This document shows, piece by piece, positions 38,815 through 50,663 of a stretch of DNA of 64,000 nucleotides (positions within the stretch are counted from its first letter, which is position 1; each line of letters opens with the position of its first letter). The position numbers and the translations under genes were made by a program. The notes under the pieces are model-generated. The model was given only the letters and a program-made list of their open reading frames with translations, was not told the origin of the DNA and ran no database searches. Source of the DNA: an uncultured delta proteobacterium (GTDB lineage: Bacteria > Myxococcota_A > Polyangia > Haliangiales > Haliangiaceae); NCBI GenBank assembly GCA_963764695.1, contig CAVXTW010000015.1:93845-157844 (forward strand), given 5' to 3'.

Positions 38815-39605
38815 TCCGCGTCCTCATCGTCGACGACGAGCCGCTGGCCCGCGAGACCGTGCAGCTCGGCCTGGCCGGCGATCCGGAGATCGCCGTGGTC
38901 GGCGCCTGCTCCGGCGCCGAGGCCGAGGAGCTGGTGGCGCGCACGCGGCCCGACATGATGTTCCTGGACGTGCACATGCCGGAGGTGGGCGGCTTCGACG
39001 TGGTGGAGGCGATCGGGCCGGGCACGGTGCCGATCATCGTGTTCGTCACCGCCTACGACCAGTACGCGCTGCGTGCCTTCGAGGTGCACGCGCTCGACTA
39101 CCTGCTGAAGCCCTTCGACGACGAGCGCTTCCGCGCGGCGCTGCGGCGGGCCAAGGAGCACCTGCGCTCGCACAGCGCGCGATCGATCGAGGAGCGCCTG
39201 CTCGACCTGCTCGAGGAGCGCGAGAAGACGATCCGGCCGTTCGTGCGCCGCTTCGTGGTGCGCGAGCGGGACCGCTCGGTGTTCGTGCCGGCCGACTCGG
39301 TCGACTGGATCGAGGCGGCCGACGACTACGTGCAGCTGCACGCCGGCGATCAGATCCATCTGGTGCGCGAGCGGCTGGCCGATCTGGAGACGCGGCTGGA
39401 CCCGGGCCAGTTCGCCCGCATCCACCGCTCCACCATCGTCAACATCGAGCGCGTGCGCGAGCTGCATCCGCTGTTCCGCGGCGACTCGATCGTGGTGCTG
39501 TCGGACGGCACCCGCCTGAGGCTGAGCCGCAGCCGGCGCGGCGAGTTCGAGCGCCGCCTGACCAGCTCACCGCAGGGCAGGCTCGACTCGCCGCAAACCG
39601 ACTGA
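38811..39605 (+). CDS. LytTR-family response regulator (REC + LytTR DNA-binding domain)
   Basis: TTG start overlaps the LytS stop (TTGA) and follows a GAGGAGGAG SD. IRVLIVDDEPLARE...D receiver. C-terminal LytTR (HRSTIVNIERV). Confidence 0.85.
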   Translation: MIRVLIVDDEPLARETVQLGLAGDPEIAVVGACSGAEAEELVARTRPDMMFLDVHMPEVGGFDVVEAIGPGTVPIIVFVTAYDQYALRAFEVHALDYLLKPFDDERFRAALRRAKEHLRSHSARSIEERLLDLLEEREKTIRPFVRRFVVRERDRSVFVPADSVDWIEAADDYVQLHAGDQIHLVRERLADLETRLDPGQFARIHRSTIVNIERVRELHPLFRGDSIVVLSDGTRLRLSRSRRGEFERRLTSSPQGRLDSPQTD

Positions 39606-39632
39606 GCCGCCTGCTGACCGCGACGTCGAAGT

Positions 39633-39668
39633 GAGCCCCGCCGGGGACGTGCAGGTCCGGCGGGGCTC
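39633..39668. terminator. Perfect 12-bp GC-rich hairpin between convergent genes (bidirectional terminator candidate)
   Basis: GAGCCCCGCCGG-N12-CCGGCGGGGCTC, 28 nt after the LytTR stop and 39 nt after the small-lipoprotein stop. No U-tract. Confidence 0.4.
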
Positions 39669-39706
39669 GGATCGACCCGGCGGTCGCTCAGCTCATCGCT
39701 GACTGG

Positions 39707-40144
39707 TCACTGCAAGATGGCGTCGATGCGGCACTGAAGCGGCGCGCACCAGTACGCGTTCACGAGCTCGGAGCTGCGGTTGTGGCACACGATGTGGCCC
39801 CAGCCGTGGCAGTTCTGCGTCACGTTGGGCCCCGCGTACACGATGTCGGCGAAGCTGCACTTCGCGTGACACCAGTCGCCGTTCGAGCGGGCCTGCGACT
39901 CGACGCCGTCGCCCTTGACGGCCGCAGCCTCGGACTCGGCCGACGCGTCGTCCTCCTCGACCGGGATGGCCGCGAGCTCGTCCTCGGCCACCGGCTCGGG
40001 CGCGGACTGATCGACCGCCTCGTCCGGCGCGGCGACCAGCTCGTCCTCCAGCCCCTCCTCGGCGTCCACCGCGCAGCCCGGGACCAGAGCCAACCACGCC
40101 ATCGACAGGAGCGACAGCGAGACCAACGATACGACCCTTCGCAT
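39707..40144 (-). CDS. Small secreted Cys-rich lipoprotein (145 aa)
   Basis: GAGGAGG SD. Signal peptide and lipobox (LALVPGC). Acidic linker, then a C-terminal six-Cys module (WCHAKCSF...NCHGWGHIVCHN...WCAPLQC). Confidence 0.55.
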   Translation of the reverse strand: MRRVVSLVSLSLLSMAWLALVPGCAVDAEEGLEDELVAAPDEAVDQSAPEPVAEDELAAIPVEEDDASAESEAAAVKGDGVESQARSNGDWCHAKCSFADIVYAGPNVTQNCHGWGHIVCHNRSSELVNAYWCAPLQCRIDAILQ

Positions 40145-40218
40145 ACGACACCTCCTCGCAGATCAATGCGGCCCCCAGAAGACATCGTACGTGTCAGTCA
40201 GTCAAACAATCAAAATGG

Positions 40219-40343
40219 CAGTTCCACTGACCGCTACATGTACCAGTGGCGGAACTGTTCCAGGAGGCCGCGGAGGCAGCCGGCTTGCGGAGGTTGATCC
40301 GGCGCCCGGTCATGGCACAGTTCCGCCACACGTCACAGTGACG
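40219..40343. promoter_or_regulatory. Cluster of CAGTTCC(A/G)C(C)AC repeats plus a CGTCAC-a-GTGACG palindrome in a divergent promoter region
   Basis: CAGTTCCACTG (40219-40229), its inverted copy CAGTGGCGGAACTG (40244-40257) and CAGTTCCGCCAC (40318-40329). They resemble LytTR-type ACAGTT half-sites. The palindrome is at 40331-40343. Confidence 0.35.
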
Positions 40344-40365
40344 GGCCAGACGAGGCGGTGAAGCG

Positions 40366-41181
<816 letters not shown>

Positions 41182-41252
41182 CACCGCCACACGGCGACGG
41201 AGCGCCACCTGCCGCGCCGGGCGCCGGGACGCTGTTATCATCGCCGCCGAAG

Positions 41253-44200
41253 ATGGATGCGCTGGACGGCGGCTGCCTCGGCCACGAGGCGGTCCATGGT
41301 TTCGTCAGCGGAACCCTGGCCGACGACGAGGCGGAGCGAGTCGAGGACCACCTGGACGACTGCGCCGACTGTCGCGCGCTGGTCGCCGTCCTGGCCCGCG
41401 GCTCCGACACCATCGTGCCGACCAGGGCGGGGCCCAGCGGCCTGGAGACCACCGCGGCGCTCGGGTCGGGCGAGACCGTGCTGCCGGGCATGCGCCTGGC
41501 GGTCTCGCGGTCCGCGGGCCATCCGCCGACCGGCACGCAGATCGATCGCTACGTGATCGAGCGGCCGCTCGGCGCCGGCGCCATGGGCGCGGTGAGCCTG
41601 GCCGACGACCCGGAGCTCAAGCGCAAGGTGTGCGTCAAGCTTCTGCGCCCGCAACTGCTCGACTCCGGCGACACCCAGGCCACGCGGGCGCGGCTGCAGC
41701 GCGAGGCCCAGGCGATGGCGCAGGTCTCGCACCCGAACGTCGTCGCCGTCTACGACATCGGCACGTACGAGGGCCAGGTCTTCATCGCCATGGAGTACGT
41801 CGAGGGCGGCGACCTGTCCCGCTGGCTGCGCGAGGAGGAACGCCGCCCGGCCGAGGTGCTCGAGGTCTTCCGCGCCGCCGGCCGCGGGCTGGCCGCGGCG
41901 CACCGGGCCGGCCTCATCCATCGCGACTTCAAGCCGCAGAACGTGATGGTCGGCAAGGACGGCTCGATCAAGGTCACCGACTTCGGGCTCGCCCGCGCCG
42001 ACGCCGAGCCGGAGCGACGCGAGCCTCGCGACGAGGACGCCGACCGCGGGGAGAAGACCGGCGAGGAGGTGGACAGCCTGCTCGCCTCGCCGCTCACCCG
42101 CACCGGGGCGATGATCGGCACGCCGGCCTACATGGCGCCGGAGCAGGTGCGCGGCGAGGAGATCGACGCCCGCTGCGATCAGTTCGCGTTCGCCGTGTCG
42201 CTGTACGAGGCGCTGTTCGGCGTCCGCCCGTTCGCCGGCGCCGGCCTCGAGGAGATCCACGCCGCCGCCGTCGCCGAGCGGGTCGTGCCGCCGCCCCGGC
42301 GCAGCGGCGTGCCGCGCCGGATGCGCGCCGCGATCGTGCGCGGGCTGCGCGCCAGCCCGGACAACCGCTTTCCGACCATGGACGCGATGCTGGCCGCGCT
42401 GGCGCCGCGCTCCTGGCGCCGGGCCTTCATCGCCGCGGCGACGGGCGCGATCCTCCTGTCCGGCGGACTGGCTGTCGCCGACATCCGTGCCGGGACGGAC
42501 GACGCGCCGGTGTGCGACGGCGGGGCAGCCCTCATCGCGCCGGTGTGGGACGACGCGGCGCGCGGGCGCATCCGCTCCGCCTTCGCCGCCACCGGGCTGG
42601 TGCTGGCGAAGAGCTCGTCCGCGTCGGTGGTGGGCGAGCTCGACGAGTACGCCGGTCAGTGGATCGCCGCCCACCGCGAGGCCTGCGCCGCCACCCGCGT
42701 GCGGCAGGAGCAGACCGAGGACATGCTGGCCCTGCGCATGGCCTGCCTCGATCGCCGGCGCGCCGAGCTGGCCGCCACCGTGCAGGTCCTCGAGCGCCCC
42801 GACGCGGCGATGGTGGACAACGCGTTCCAGATCCCGTCGAACCTGAGCTCGATCGCCGATTGTGCCGACGCCAAGGCGCTGGCCGCGCCGCTGCCGCTGC
42901 CGCGCGATGCGCGCACGCGCCAGAAGATCGCCACCAGCCGGGCCACGCTGGCCCGCGCCGACGCGCTGGTCCACGCCCAGCGACTCGATCAGGCCCGCGC
43001 CCTGGTCGAGCAGGTGGTCGGCGAGGCGGCCGGCATCGGATGGAGCCCGCTGGTGGCCGAGGCGCGCTTCAAGGCGGCACAGCTCGACTCGCACCAGCTG
43101 CGCTTCGAGGACGCGGAGAAGGGCTTCGACGCCGCCGCGGTGGCGGCCGAGCAGGCCGGCCACGACGACATCCGCATCGAGGCGTACTTCGGCCAGACCG
43201 GTATCGCCAAGGAGCGCGGCCGGCCGGATCAGGCGCTGCGCTGGGCCGGCTACGCCCGCGCCGCCATCGAGCGCACCGGCTCGCAGCCGGCCAAGCTCGC
43301 GTCGCTGGCCACCACGCTCGGCGATATTTACGCCTATCAGGGAGACGGGAAGCGGGCGATCGCCGAGTACCAGCGCGCGATCGAGCTCGACACGCGCGCG
43401 TTCGGGGCGCGCAGCAGCGAGGTGGCCACGGCGATCTACCGGCTGGCCGCCTTCTACCACCAGCTGCGCGAGCACGATCGCTCCATCGCCGAGTTCGAGA
43501 AGGCGTTCGTACTCTACACGCAGGTCGAGGTGGGCGGCGCGGACCACCCGCTGGCGCTGTTCACGCTCAAGACAATGAGCTCGGTGCGGCAGGAGCAGGG
43601 CCGCGGCCCGGAGGCCCTCGCCCTGGCCGAGCGCGCGCTGGCCGGCTTTCGCCGCGTGTACGGCGACGATCACGAGGTCACCGGTGCGGCCCACTTCGCG
43701 CTCGGCCTGGCCCAGGGTGCGGTCGGACGCATCGACGAGGGGCTGGCCAGCCAGGAGCGCGCGATCGCGATCTGGCGCCGGGTGCTGGGGCCAAAGAGCC
43801 CGTACCTGGCCGCCTTCATCGGCGGGCTGGCCATCACGCTCAACAAGGCCGAGCGCTACGAGCAATCGGCGGCACGCGTGGTGGAGGCGATCGACATCTA
43901 CCTGGCCGGCGGCCAGCCCGAGGCGTCTCGCGAGATCATCCAGTTTCGCAACATGCTGGCCACCATCTTCACGCGCCTGAAGCGATACGACGACGCGCTC
44001 GGCCAGGTGAAGCTGTCGCTGGCGTCGGCCGAGAAGATCCTGGCCCCCGACGCGCAGCAGCTGGCCGACACGCTCACCGTCCACGGCTTCGCGTACAACC
44101 GCAAGGGAGATGCGCGGCACGCCCTGCCGCTCCTCGAGCGCGCCTTCAAGGTGAGGCAGGCGGGCAAGGCCGGCGCGTCCGACTCGTCGTGGACCAAGCT

Positions 44201-44372
44201 GGAGCTGGCCCGAGCGCTGTGGGACGCCCCCGGCGATCGCGCGCGCGCGCGCCGCCTGGCCGAGGAGTCGCTGGCCGAGGCGCGGAGCATCGAGCAGAAG
44301 GAAGGCATCGAGGCAGCCGAGGAGTGGCTGGCCAGTCACGGTGCCCGCAAGCGTCCGGCGCGTCCGGACTGA
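41253..44372 (+). CDS. Ser/Thr protein kinase with N-terminal zf-HC2-like (anti-sigma-type) motif, TM helix and C-terminal TPR array
   Basis: HLDDCADC (H-x3-C-x2-C) within the first 50 aa. Kinase motifs GAGAMGAVS, VCVKLL, HRDFKPQNVM, DFG and APE. TM helix FIAAATGAILL. About 600 aa of TPR-like repeats. Confidence 0.8.
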   Translation: MDALDGGCLGHEAVHGFVSGTLADDEAERVEDHLDDCADCRALVAVLARGSDTIVPTRAGPSGLETTAALGSGETVLPGMRLAVSRSAGHPPTGTQIDRYVIERPLGAGAMGAVSLADDPELKRKVCVKLLRPQLLDSGDTQATRARLQREAQAMAQVSHPNVVAVYDIGTYEGQVFIAMEYVEGGDLSRWLREEERRPAEVLEVFRAAGRGLAAAHRAGLIHRDFKPQNVMVGKDGSIKVTDFGLARADAEPERREPRDEDADRGEKTGEEVDSLLASPLTRTGAMIGTPAYMAPEQVRGEEIDARCDQFAFAVSLYEALFGVRPFAGAGLEEIHAAAVAERVVPPPRRSGVPRRMRAAIVRGLRASPDNRFPTMDAMLAALAPRSWRRAFIAAATGAILLSGGLAVADIRAGTDDAPVCDGGAALIAPVWDDAARGRIRSAFAATGLVLAKSSSASVVGELDEYAGQWIAAHREACAATRVRQEQTEDMLALRMACLDRRRAELAATVQVLERPDAAMVDNAFQIPSNLSSIADCADAKALAAPLPLPRDARTRQKIATSRATLARADALVHAQRLDQARALVEQVVGEAAGIGWSPLVAEARFKAAQLDSHQLRFEDAEKGFDAAAVAAEQAGHDDIRIEAYFGQTGIAKERGRPDQALRWAGYARAAIERTGSQPAKLASLATTLGDIYAYQGDGKRAIAEYQRAIELDTRAFGARSSEVATAIYRLAAFYHQLREHDRSIAEFEKAFVLYTQVEVGGADHPLALFTLKTMSSVRQEQGRGPEALALAERALAGFRRVYGDDHEVTGAAHFALGLAQGAVGRIDEGLASQERAIAIWRRVLGPKSPYLAAFIGGLAITLNKAERYEQSAARVVEAIDIYLAGGQPEASREIIQFRNMLATIFTRLKRYDDALGQVKLSLASAEKILAPDAQQLADTLTVHGFAYNRKGDARHALPLLERAFKVRQAGKAGASDSSWTKLELARALWDAPGDRARARRLAEESLAEARSIEQKEGIEAAEEWLASHGARKRPARPD

Positions 44373-44628
44373 CGATCTCGTCGCGCGCACCGTCGCGCTC
44401 AATCGGTGACGGATCGCTCGTCGCTGTCGGTCGTCTTCCGTCGGGACTGGAGATATCCGCGACGACCGACGGAAAATCGTGCGCGTCGCCCTTACGGGGC
44501 CATGGCGGACCGCCACTGCCAGATTTCGGATCAGTCGATTCTCAGATTCACGATGATTGGCTGTTTGTTTCGCTGGTCTGTCGTGTGCCTGTGCATGACA
44601 TAGTGGCTGCGGGTGAGAGGAGGGGGGC

Positions 44629-46193
<1,565 letters not shown>

Positions 46194-46204
46194 ATACTCC
46201 GGGC

Positions 46205-47839
46205 ATGGCCCATCCGCTGGCGGGCAAGTCGCCCGATCCCTCGATGCTGATCGACGTCGATCGGCTGCGCGCGCGGTACTACGACGAGAGCCCCGACGTC
46301 GGCCGCCCGGAGGAGCGGGTCGCCTTCGGCACGTCGGGCCACCGCGGCTCCGCCGCCCGCCGCAGCTTCAACGAGGGGCACATCCTCGCCGTCGCCCAGG
46401 CGGTGTGCGACTACCGGGCGCGCGAGGGCATCGCCGGCCCGCTGTTCCTGGGCATGGACAGCCACGCCTTGTCGCCGCCCGCCCACGCCACGACCCTCGA
46501 GGTGCTGGTGGCCAACGGGGTCGACGTCCATCGCGCCGAGGGAGACCAGGTCACGCCGACGCCGGTCATCTCGCACGCCATCCTGACCGCCAACCGCGCG
46601 GCCGGCAACGCACAGGCCGACGGCATCGTGGTCACACCGTCGCACAATCCGCCCGAGGACGGCGGCATCAAGTACAACGCGCCCCACGGCGGCCCGGCCG
46701 ACGAGACCGCCACCCGGTGGATCGAGGACCGCGCCAACGCGCTCCTGCGCGCCGGCCTCGGCGAGGTGCGCCGCGTGTCGGCCCAGAAGGCCGCTTCCGG
46801 CTCGACCGCACGCGACTTCATCGCCCCGTACGTCGCCGACCTGGCCGCGGTGCTCGACATCGACGCCATCCGCGCCTCCGGCGTGCGCATCGGCGTCGAT
46901 CCGCTGGGCGGGGCCAGCCTGCCCTACTGGGGCGCGATCGCCGAGCGCCTCGGACTGGCCATCACCGTGGTCAACCCGCGCCTGGATCCGACCTTCGCCT
47001 TCATGGCGGTCGACCACGACGGCAAGCTGCGCATGGACTGCTCGTCTCCCTACGCCATGACGCCGCTGGTGGCCCTGCGCGACAAGTTCGACATCGCCGT
47101 GGGCAACGATCCGGACGCCGATCGCCACGGCATCGTGACCCGCTCGTCCGGCCTCATGCAGCCCAACCACTACCTGGCGGTCGCCATCGGCCACCTGTTC
47201 ACCACGCGCGACTGGCCGGACGCCGCCGTCGGCAAGACCCTCGTGTCGTCGCTGATGATCGATCGGGTGACGGCCGACCTGGGTCGCCGCCTGTACGAGG
47301 TGCCGGTCGGGTTCAAGTGGTTCGTGGCCGGCCTGGGCGACGGCTCGCTCGGCTTCGGCGGCGAGGAGAGCGCCGGGGCGTCGTTCCTGCGCCACGACCG
47401 GACCGCGTGGTCGACCGACAAGGACGGCATCATCCTGGGCCTGCTGGCCGCCGAGATCCTGGCGCGCACGGGTAAGGATCCCGGTGAGCATTACCGGGCG
47501 CTCGAGGCGCAGCACGGCTCGTCGCACTATACGCGCGTCAACGTGGCGGCCACGCCGGCCGAGAAGGCGCTGCTCAAGAAGCTCTCGCCCGATGCGGTCT
47601 CGGGTGACACGCTGGCCGACGAGCCGATCGAGGCAAAGCTGACGACTGCGCCCGGCAACGGCGCCGCCATCGGCGGCCTCAAGGTCGCCACCAAGAATGG
47701 CTGGTTCGCCGCGCGACCGTCCGGCACCGAGGACATCTACAAGGTCTACGCCGAGAGCTTCCGCTCGGCCGAGCACCTGGCCCGCCTGCTCGACGACGCG
47801 CGCGCCATCGTCAGCGCGACGCTGCAGCGGTCGAGCTGA
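46205..47839 (+). CDS. pgm: Phosphoglucomutase (alpha-D-glucose-1,6-bisphosphate-dependent, Pgm-type)
   Basis: Active-site GTSGHRGS, metal loop GNDPDADR, sugar-binding GEESAG, and overall Pgm-like layout over 544 aa. Confidence 0.9.
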   Translation: MAHPLAGKSPDPSMLIDVDRLRARYYDESPDVGRPEERVAFGTSGHRGSAARRSFNEGHILAVAQAVCDYRAREGIAGPLFLGMDSHALSPPAHATTLEVLVANGVDVHRAEGDQVTPTPVISHAILTANRAAGNAQADGIVVTPSHNPPEDGGIKYNAPHGGPADETATRWIEDRANALLRAGLGEVRRVSAQKAASGSTARDFIAPYVADLAAVLDIDAIRASGVRIGVDPLGGASLPYWGAIAERLGLAITVVNPRLDPTFAFMAVDHDGKLRMDCSSPYAMTPLVALRDKFDIAVGNDPDADRHGIVTRSSGLMQPNHYLAVAIGHLFTTRDWPDAAVGKTLVSSLMIDRVTADLGRRLYEVPVGFKWFVAGLGDGSLGFGGEESAGASFLRHDRTAWSTDKDGIILGLLAAEILARTGKDPGEHYRALEAQHGSSHYTRVNVAATPAEKALLKKLSPDAVSGDTLADEPIEAKLTTAPGNGAAIGGLKVATKNGWFAARPSGTEDIYKVYAESFRSAEHLARLLDDARAIVSATLQRSS

Positions 47840-48644
47840 CCGGGTCGCGCTCCAGCGAGCCGGGCGAGCCAGTCGATTCGACCTCCGCGCCGACCGCGGC
47901 CAGGTCATCTCGCGGCACGTCGATGGCGCGCTCGGCCAGCGGTCGCGCCACGCGGCGGGCCGCGGCCTCGGCCAGCGCCGGATCGTAGCGATCGCAGCCC
48001 AGCGCGCCCAGGCCGCTGGTGCCGCCCTCGCATCCGGCGGCGACAAGCGGGGCGAACGCGCGGATCGCGGCCCCGGCCACGCGGCCGAGGTGGGCCCGGT
48101 CATCGTCATCGAGCCGCGGCTCGGCCCAGTCGAGGAACCACCAGCCGATCTGCGCGTGACTCGACTCGTCGGCCACCACGCGCTCCAGCACCGCGTCGAT
48201 CAGCGCCGAGCCGGCCAGCTGCCGCGACAGCTTCAGGATCGGCACGGTCAGCGCCTCACCCACACACGACGTGCGGACCAGGAGCTCCGCGGCGCGGACC
48301 AGCGGATCCGCGGCGACCGGCGGCCGCACAAGGCGCTGGAGATCGACCTCGAGCGCCACCGCACCGCCCAGCGCGCCGGCCACCCGCGCCGCCGCCTCGG
48401 TGTGGACGATCTCGTCGACCACGAAGTCGCCGGCGGCCGCGACCAGATCGATCGGCGCGCCGCACGCGAGCAGCGCCGCCGCGATCTCGGCGAACGCCGC
48501 CGCGCTCGCGTACTCGCTGAAGGCGGTGCGCGTCCACACCACGCGCGCGCCGTCCGCGTCGCCAGGCAGCTCCTCGCCCCACGGCAGGTCGTCGATCCAG
48601 CCGCGGCGCGGGGCCAGGCGGCGGCCCCACGGTCCGCCGATCAT
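47811..48644 (-). CDS. Ferritin-like (putative diiron) domain protein
   Basis: Two E-x-x-H motifs ([15 protein letters not shown]) in a helical context. Start chosen 24 nt after the upstream small gene stop. The longer track ORF to 48770 would overlap it. Confidence 0.4.
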   Translation of the reverse strand: MIGGPWGRRLAPRRGWIDDLPWGEELPGDADGARVVWTRTAFSEYASAAAFAEIAAALLACGAPIDLVAAAGDFVVDEIVHTEAAARVAGALGGAVALEVDLQRLVRPPVAADPLVRAAELLVRTSCVGEALTVPILKLSRQLAGSALIDAVLERVVADESSHAQIGWWFLDWAEPRLDDDDRAHLGRVAGAAIRAFAPLVAAGCEGGTSGLGALGCDRYDPALAEAAARRVARPLAERAIDVPRDDLAAVGAEVESTGSPGSLERDPVSSTAAASR

Positions 48645-48667
48645 CGCAAGCTCGAAGTCGCCCGCCG

Positions 48668-48964
48668 TCACTTGCCGGCCTTGCGGACCTCGGCGCAGAA
48701 CTGACTGGGCTGGAACAGCCTCTGCTTGTTGGCGATGTTGCCGACCAGCGGATAGCCCTCGGCGTCGCACAGCGCGCGGAACCGGGGCATGTCCCCGAGC
48801 GCGCGCTCGCGCCCGGCGTTCATCAGATCCGCGCGCAGGTCGCGCAGCTGGCGCGAGACCTTCTCGTCGGGTGGCGGCCTGCGCTCCGCATCGCGGCCGG
48901 GGCTGGCCGCGACGGGCGCCGCCGACAGGAGCAGCACTGCGAGGATCGTGTGCTTGCGGGCCAT
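48668..48964 (-). CDS. Small secreted protein (98 aa), unknown function
   Basis: GAGAGGAG SD. Signal peptide MARKHTILAVLLLSAAPVAA. Two Cys. Confidence 0.45.
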   Translation of the reverse strand: MARKHTILAVLLLSAAPVAASPGRDAERRPPPDEKVSRQLRDLRADLMNAGRERALGDMPRFRALCDAEGYPLVGNIANKQRLFQPSQFCAEVRKAGK

Positions 48965-49036
48965 CGTCGCTCCTCTCGTCTCGTGGTTCGAAGACAAGGA
49001 CGAGCGTGGGCCGCGACCGTTAACCGCGAATGACAA

Positions 49037-49055
49037 AGGGGGCCCGTTGGCCCCC
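49037..49055 (-). terminator. Intrinsic-terminator-like hairpin downstream of the minus-strand lipoprotein gene
   Basis: GGGGGCC-cgtt-GGCCCCC perfect 7-bp stem. On the minus strand it is followed by TTTGTCATT. It lies about 47 nt after the stop at 49102. Confidence 0.4.
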
Positions 49056-49101
49056 TGCGTCCCTCGGCGGCAGCGCCGACCCGTGGCCTCGACCCCGCGA
49101 C

Positions 49102-50433
49102 CTACGGCAACTTCACCATCGTCGTGAAGCCGGTAAGGCTGTGGCCCATCACGATCGTCGAGCCCGAGGTGCCGCTGTTCTCCAGCTGGCCGATGAAGCG
49201 GCCGACCGTCATCTGCACGCGAGCCGGATTGGTGCCGAGGATTGCCTCCACACCGTCGAGGGGGATCGTGATGGTATCCGTTCCGAGCATAGAACAGCTG
49301 AAGGTGGCGAAGCTGCTCTCCGCCGGCAGCATGGTGAAGCCGTCGTCGTCCTTGAGCGCCGGCAGCACGTCGGTCGTGACGCCGTTGACCACCATCGCTT
49401 CGAGCAGACCGGTTCCCTGCGGTGGTTCGGCGCCGCAGTCCTTGCCGTCGCAGGCAAAGATGATGTCATCCGGCTCGAGCGGGAACTCGTGCGGCAGGTT
49501 GCTGTCCTTGGTGAGGAACAAGCCCTCGCCGCGCGCCCCGGCGGTCATGGTGAAACCAGGGACCAGGTCCGAGTCGGCCTTGTCGATGACCACGTCCTCG
49601 GTACCATCGTCCAGGAAGTCCACAGTCCCGAAGCTGAACATGGGCCCGGTGCCGACGAAGGTGGTATAGGTGGCGTCGGTCACCCCCGCCGCCGCGAACG
49701 GGAAGTCCGTGATGACGAGCGTCTCATCGTCGACGACGCCGACGATCGGATAGACGCCGTCGGCCGGGTTGCCGCCCTTGTCCTCGAAGCCGACCAGGAA
49801 GATGCGCATGCCGGCCATTTCGGGCGCGAAGCCGGCGCCGGTCATCACCAGGTTGCTGAAGCCGAAGCCGTCCGGCTCATCGACGGTGGCGCCCTCGGCG
49901 CTCCCGGCCGCCAGGACCGGGTCGGTGGACTGACACGCGTACTCGCCGGTGGCATCCTCGAACGCGCACGCGAACTCGCCGTTCGCGGTCCCGGACACGA
50001 CGAAGGGGCCCTCGTCCACCTGGGCGGGCTCCGCGTCGCCTGCCTTCACATCGTAGATGGTGATGGCGCAGCCGTTGATGTTGGAGTTGAAGTCCGGCAA
50101 CGGCGGAACGATGGCGGGATCATCGTCGTCGACGTAGGTGATCGACACGACCGCGCCGTTGATGACCGGTACGGGCCCGAGCGCCGGCAGCTCGTTTGTC
50201 ACGACCGTCTCGGTGACCGCGACGAGGCCGCTGCGGCTGCCGAGCGGCGCGGCGTCCGCGACCGAGGCATCGATTCCGTCGTCGTCGGTGTCATCGCCGG
50301 TGTCGTCAGTGTCGTCGGCGTCGTCTCCCGTGTCGTCGTCGCCGCAACCGACCGCTGCGGCGAGAAGGACACTGAGCAACCCCGTGGCGAGGATGGATGG
50401 TGCAGAAGATACGTGATGGCGCAATCGACCCAT
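49102..50433 (-). CDS. Lipoprotein with long Asp/Thr-rich linker, unknown function
   Basis: AAGGAGGG SD. Signal peptide and lipobox (LLAAAVGC), followed by GDDDTGDDADDTDDTGDDTDDDG. Confidence 0.6.
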   Translation of the reverse strand: MGRLRHHVSSAPSILATGLLSVLLAAAVGCGDDDTGDDADDTDDTGDDTDDDGIDASVADAAPLGSRSGLVAVTETVVTNELPALGPVPVINGAVVSITYVDDDDPAIVPPLPDFNSNINGCAITIYDVKAGDAEPAQVDEGPFVVSGTANGEFACAFEDATGEYACQSTDPVLAAGSAEGATVDEPDGFGFSNLVMTGAGFAPEMAGMRIFLVGFEDKGGNPADGVYPIVGVVDDETLVITDFPFAAAGVTDATYTTFVGTGPMFSFGTVDFLDDGTEDVVIDKADSDLVPGFTMTAGARGEGLFLTKDSNLPHEFPLEPDDIIFACDGKDCGAEPPQGTGLLEAMVVNGVTTDVLPALKDDDGFTMLPAESSFATFSCSMLGTDTITIPLDGVEAILGTNPARVQMTVGRFIGQLENSGTSGSTIVMGHSLTGFTTMVKLP

Positions 50434-50663
50434 AAGCCAGCCCTCCTTGATGTTCTACGGCCGCACGAGCCGGACCGGCGGCGCTGGCGTTCATGGCGAG
50501 ACCCCCGCCTTTCCCGCGTCACTCCCCCGTGGCCCGCGCTCGCGATCTTGCGACGAGCCGTTCGCGCGCGCCATCACTCAGTGCGCGCGGATCGATCGCG
50601 CCGCTCGTGCGCCCACGAGGGGTGAGCACACGAGCGGCTCTGTGTGGAGGGCGACTGTGAGGA

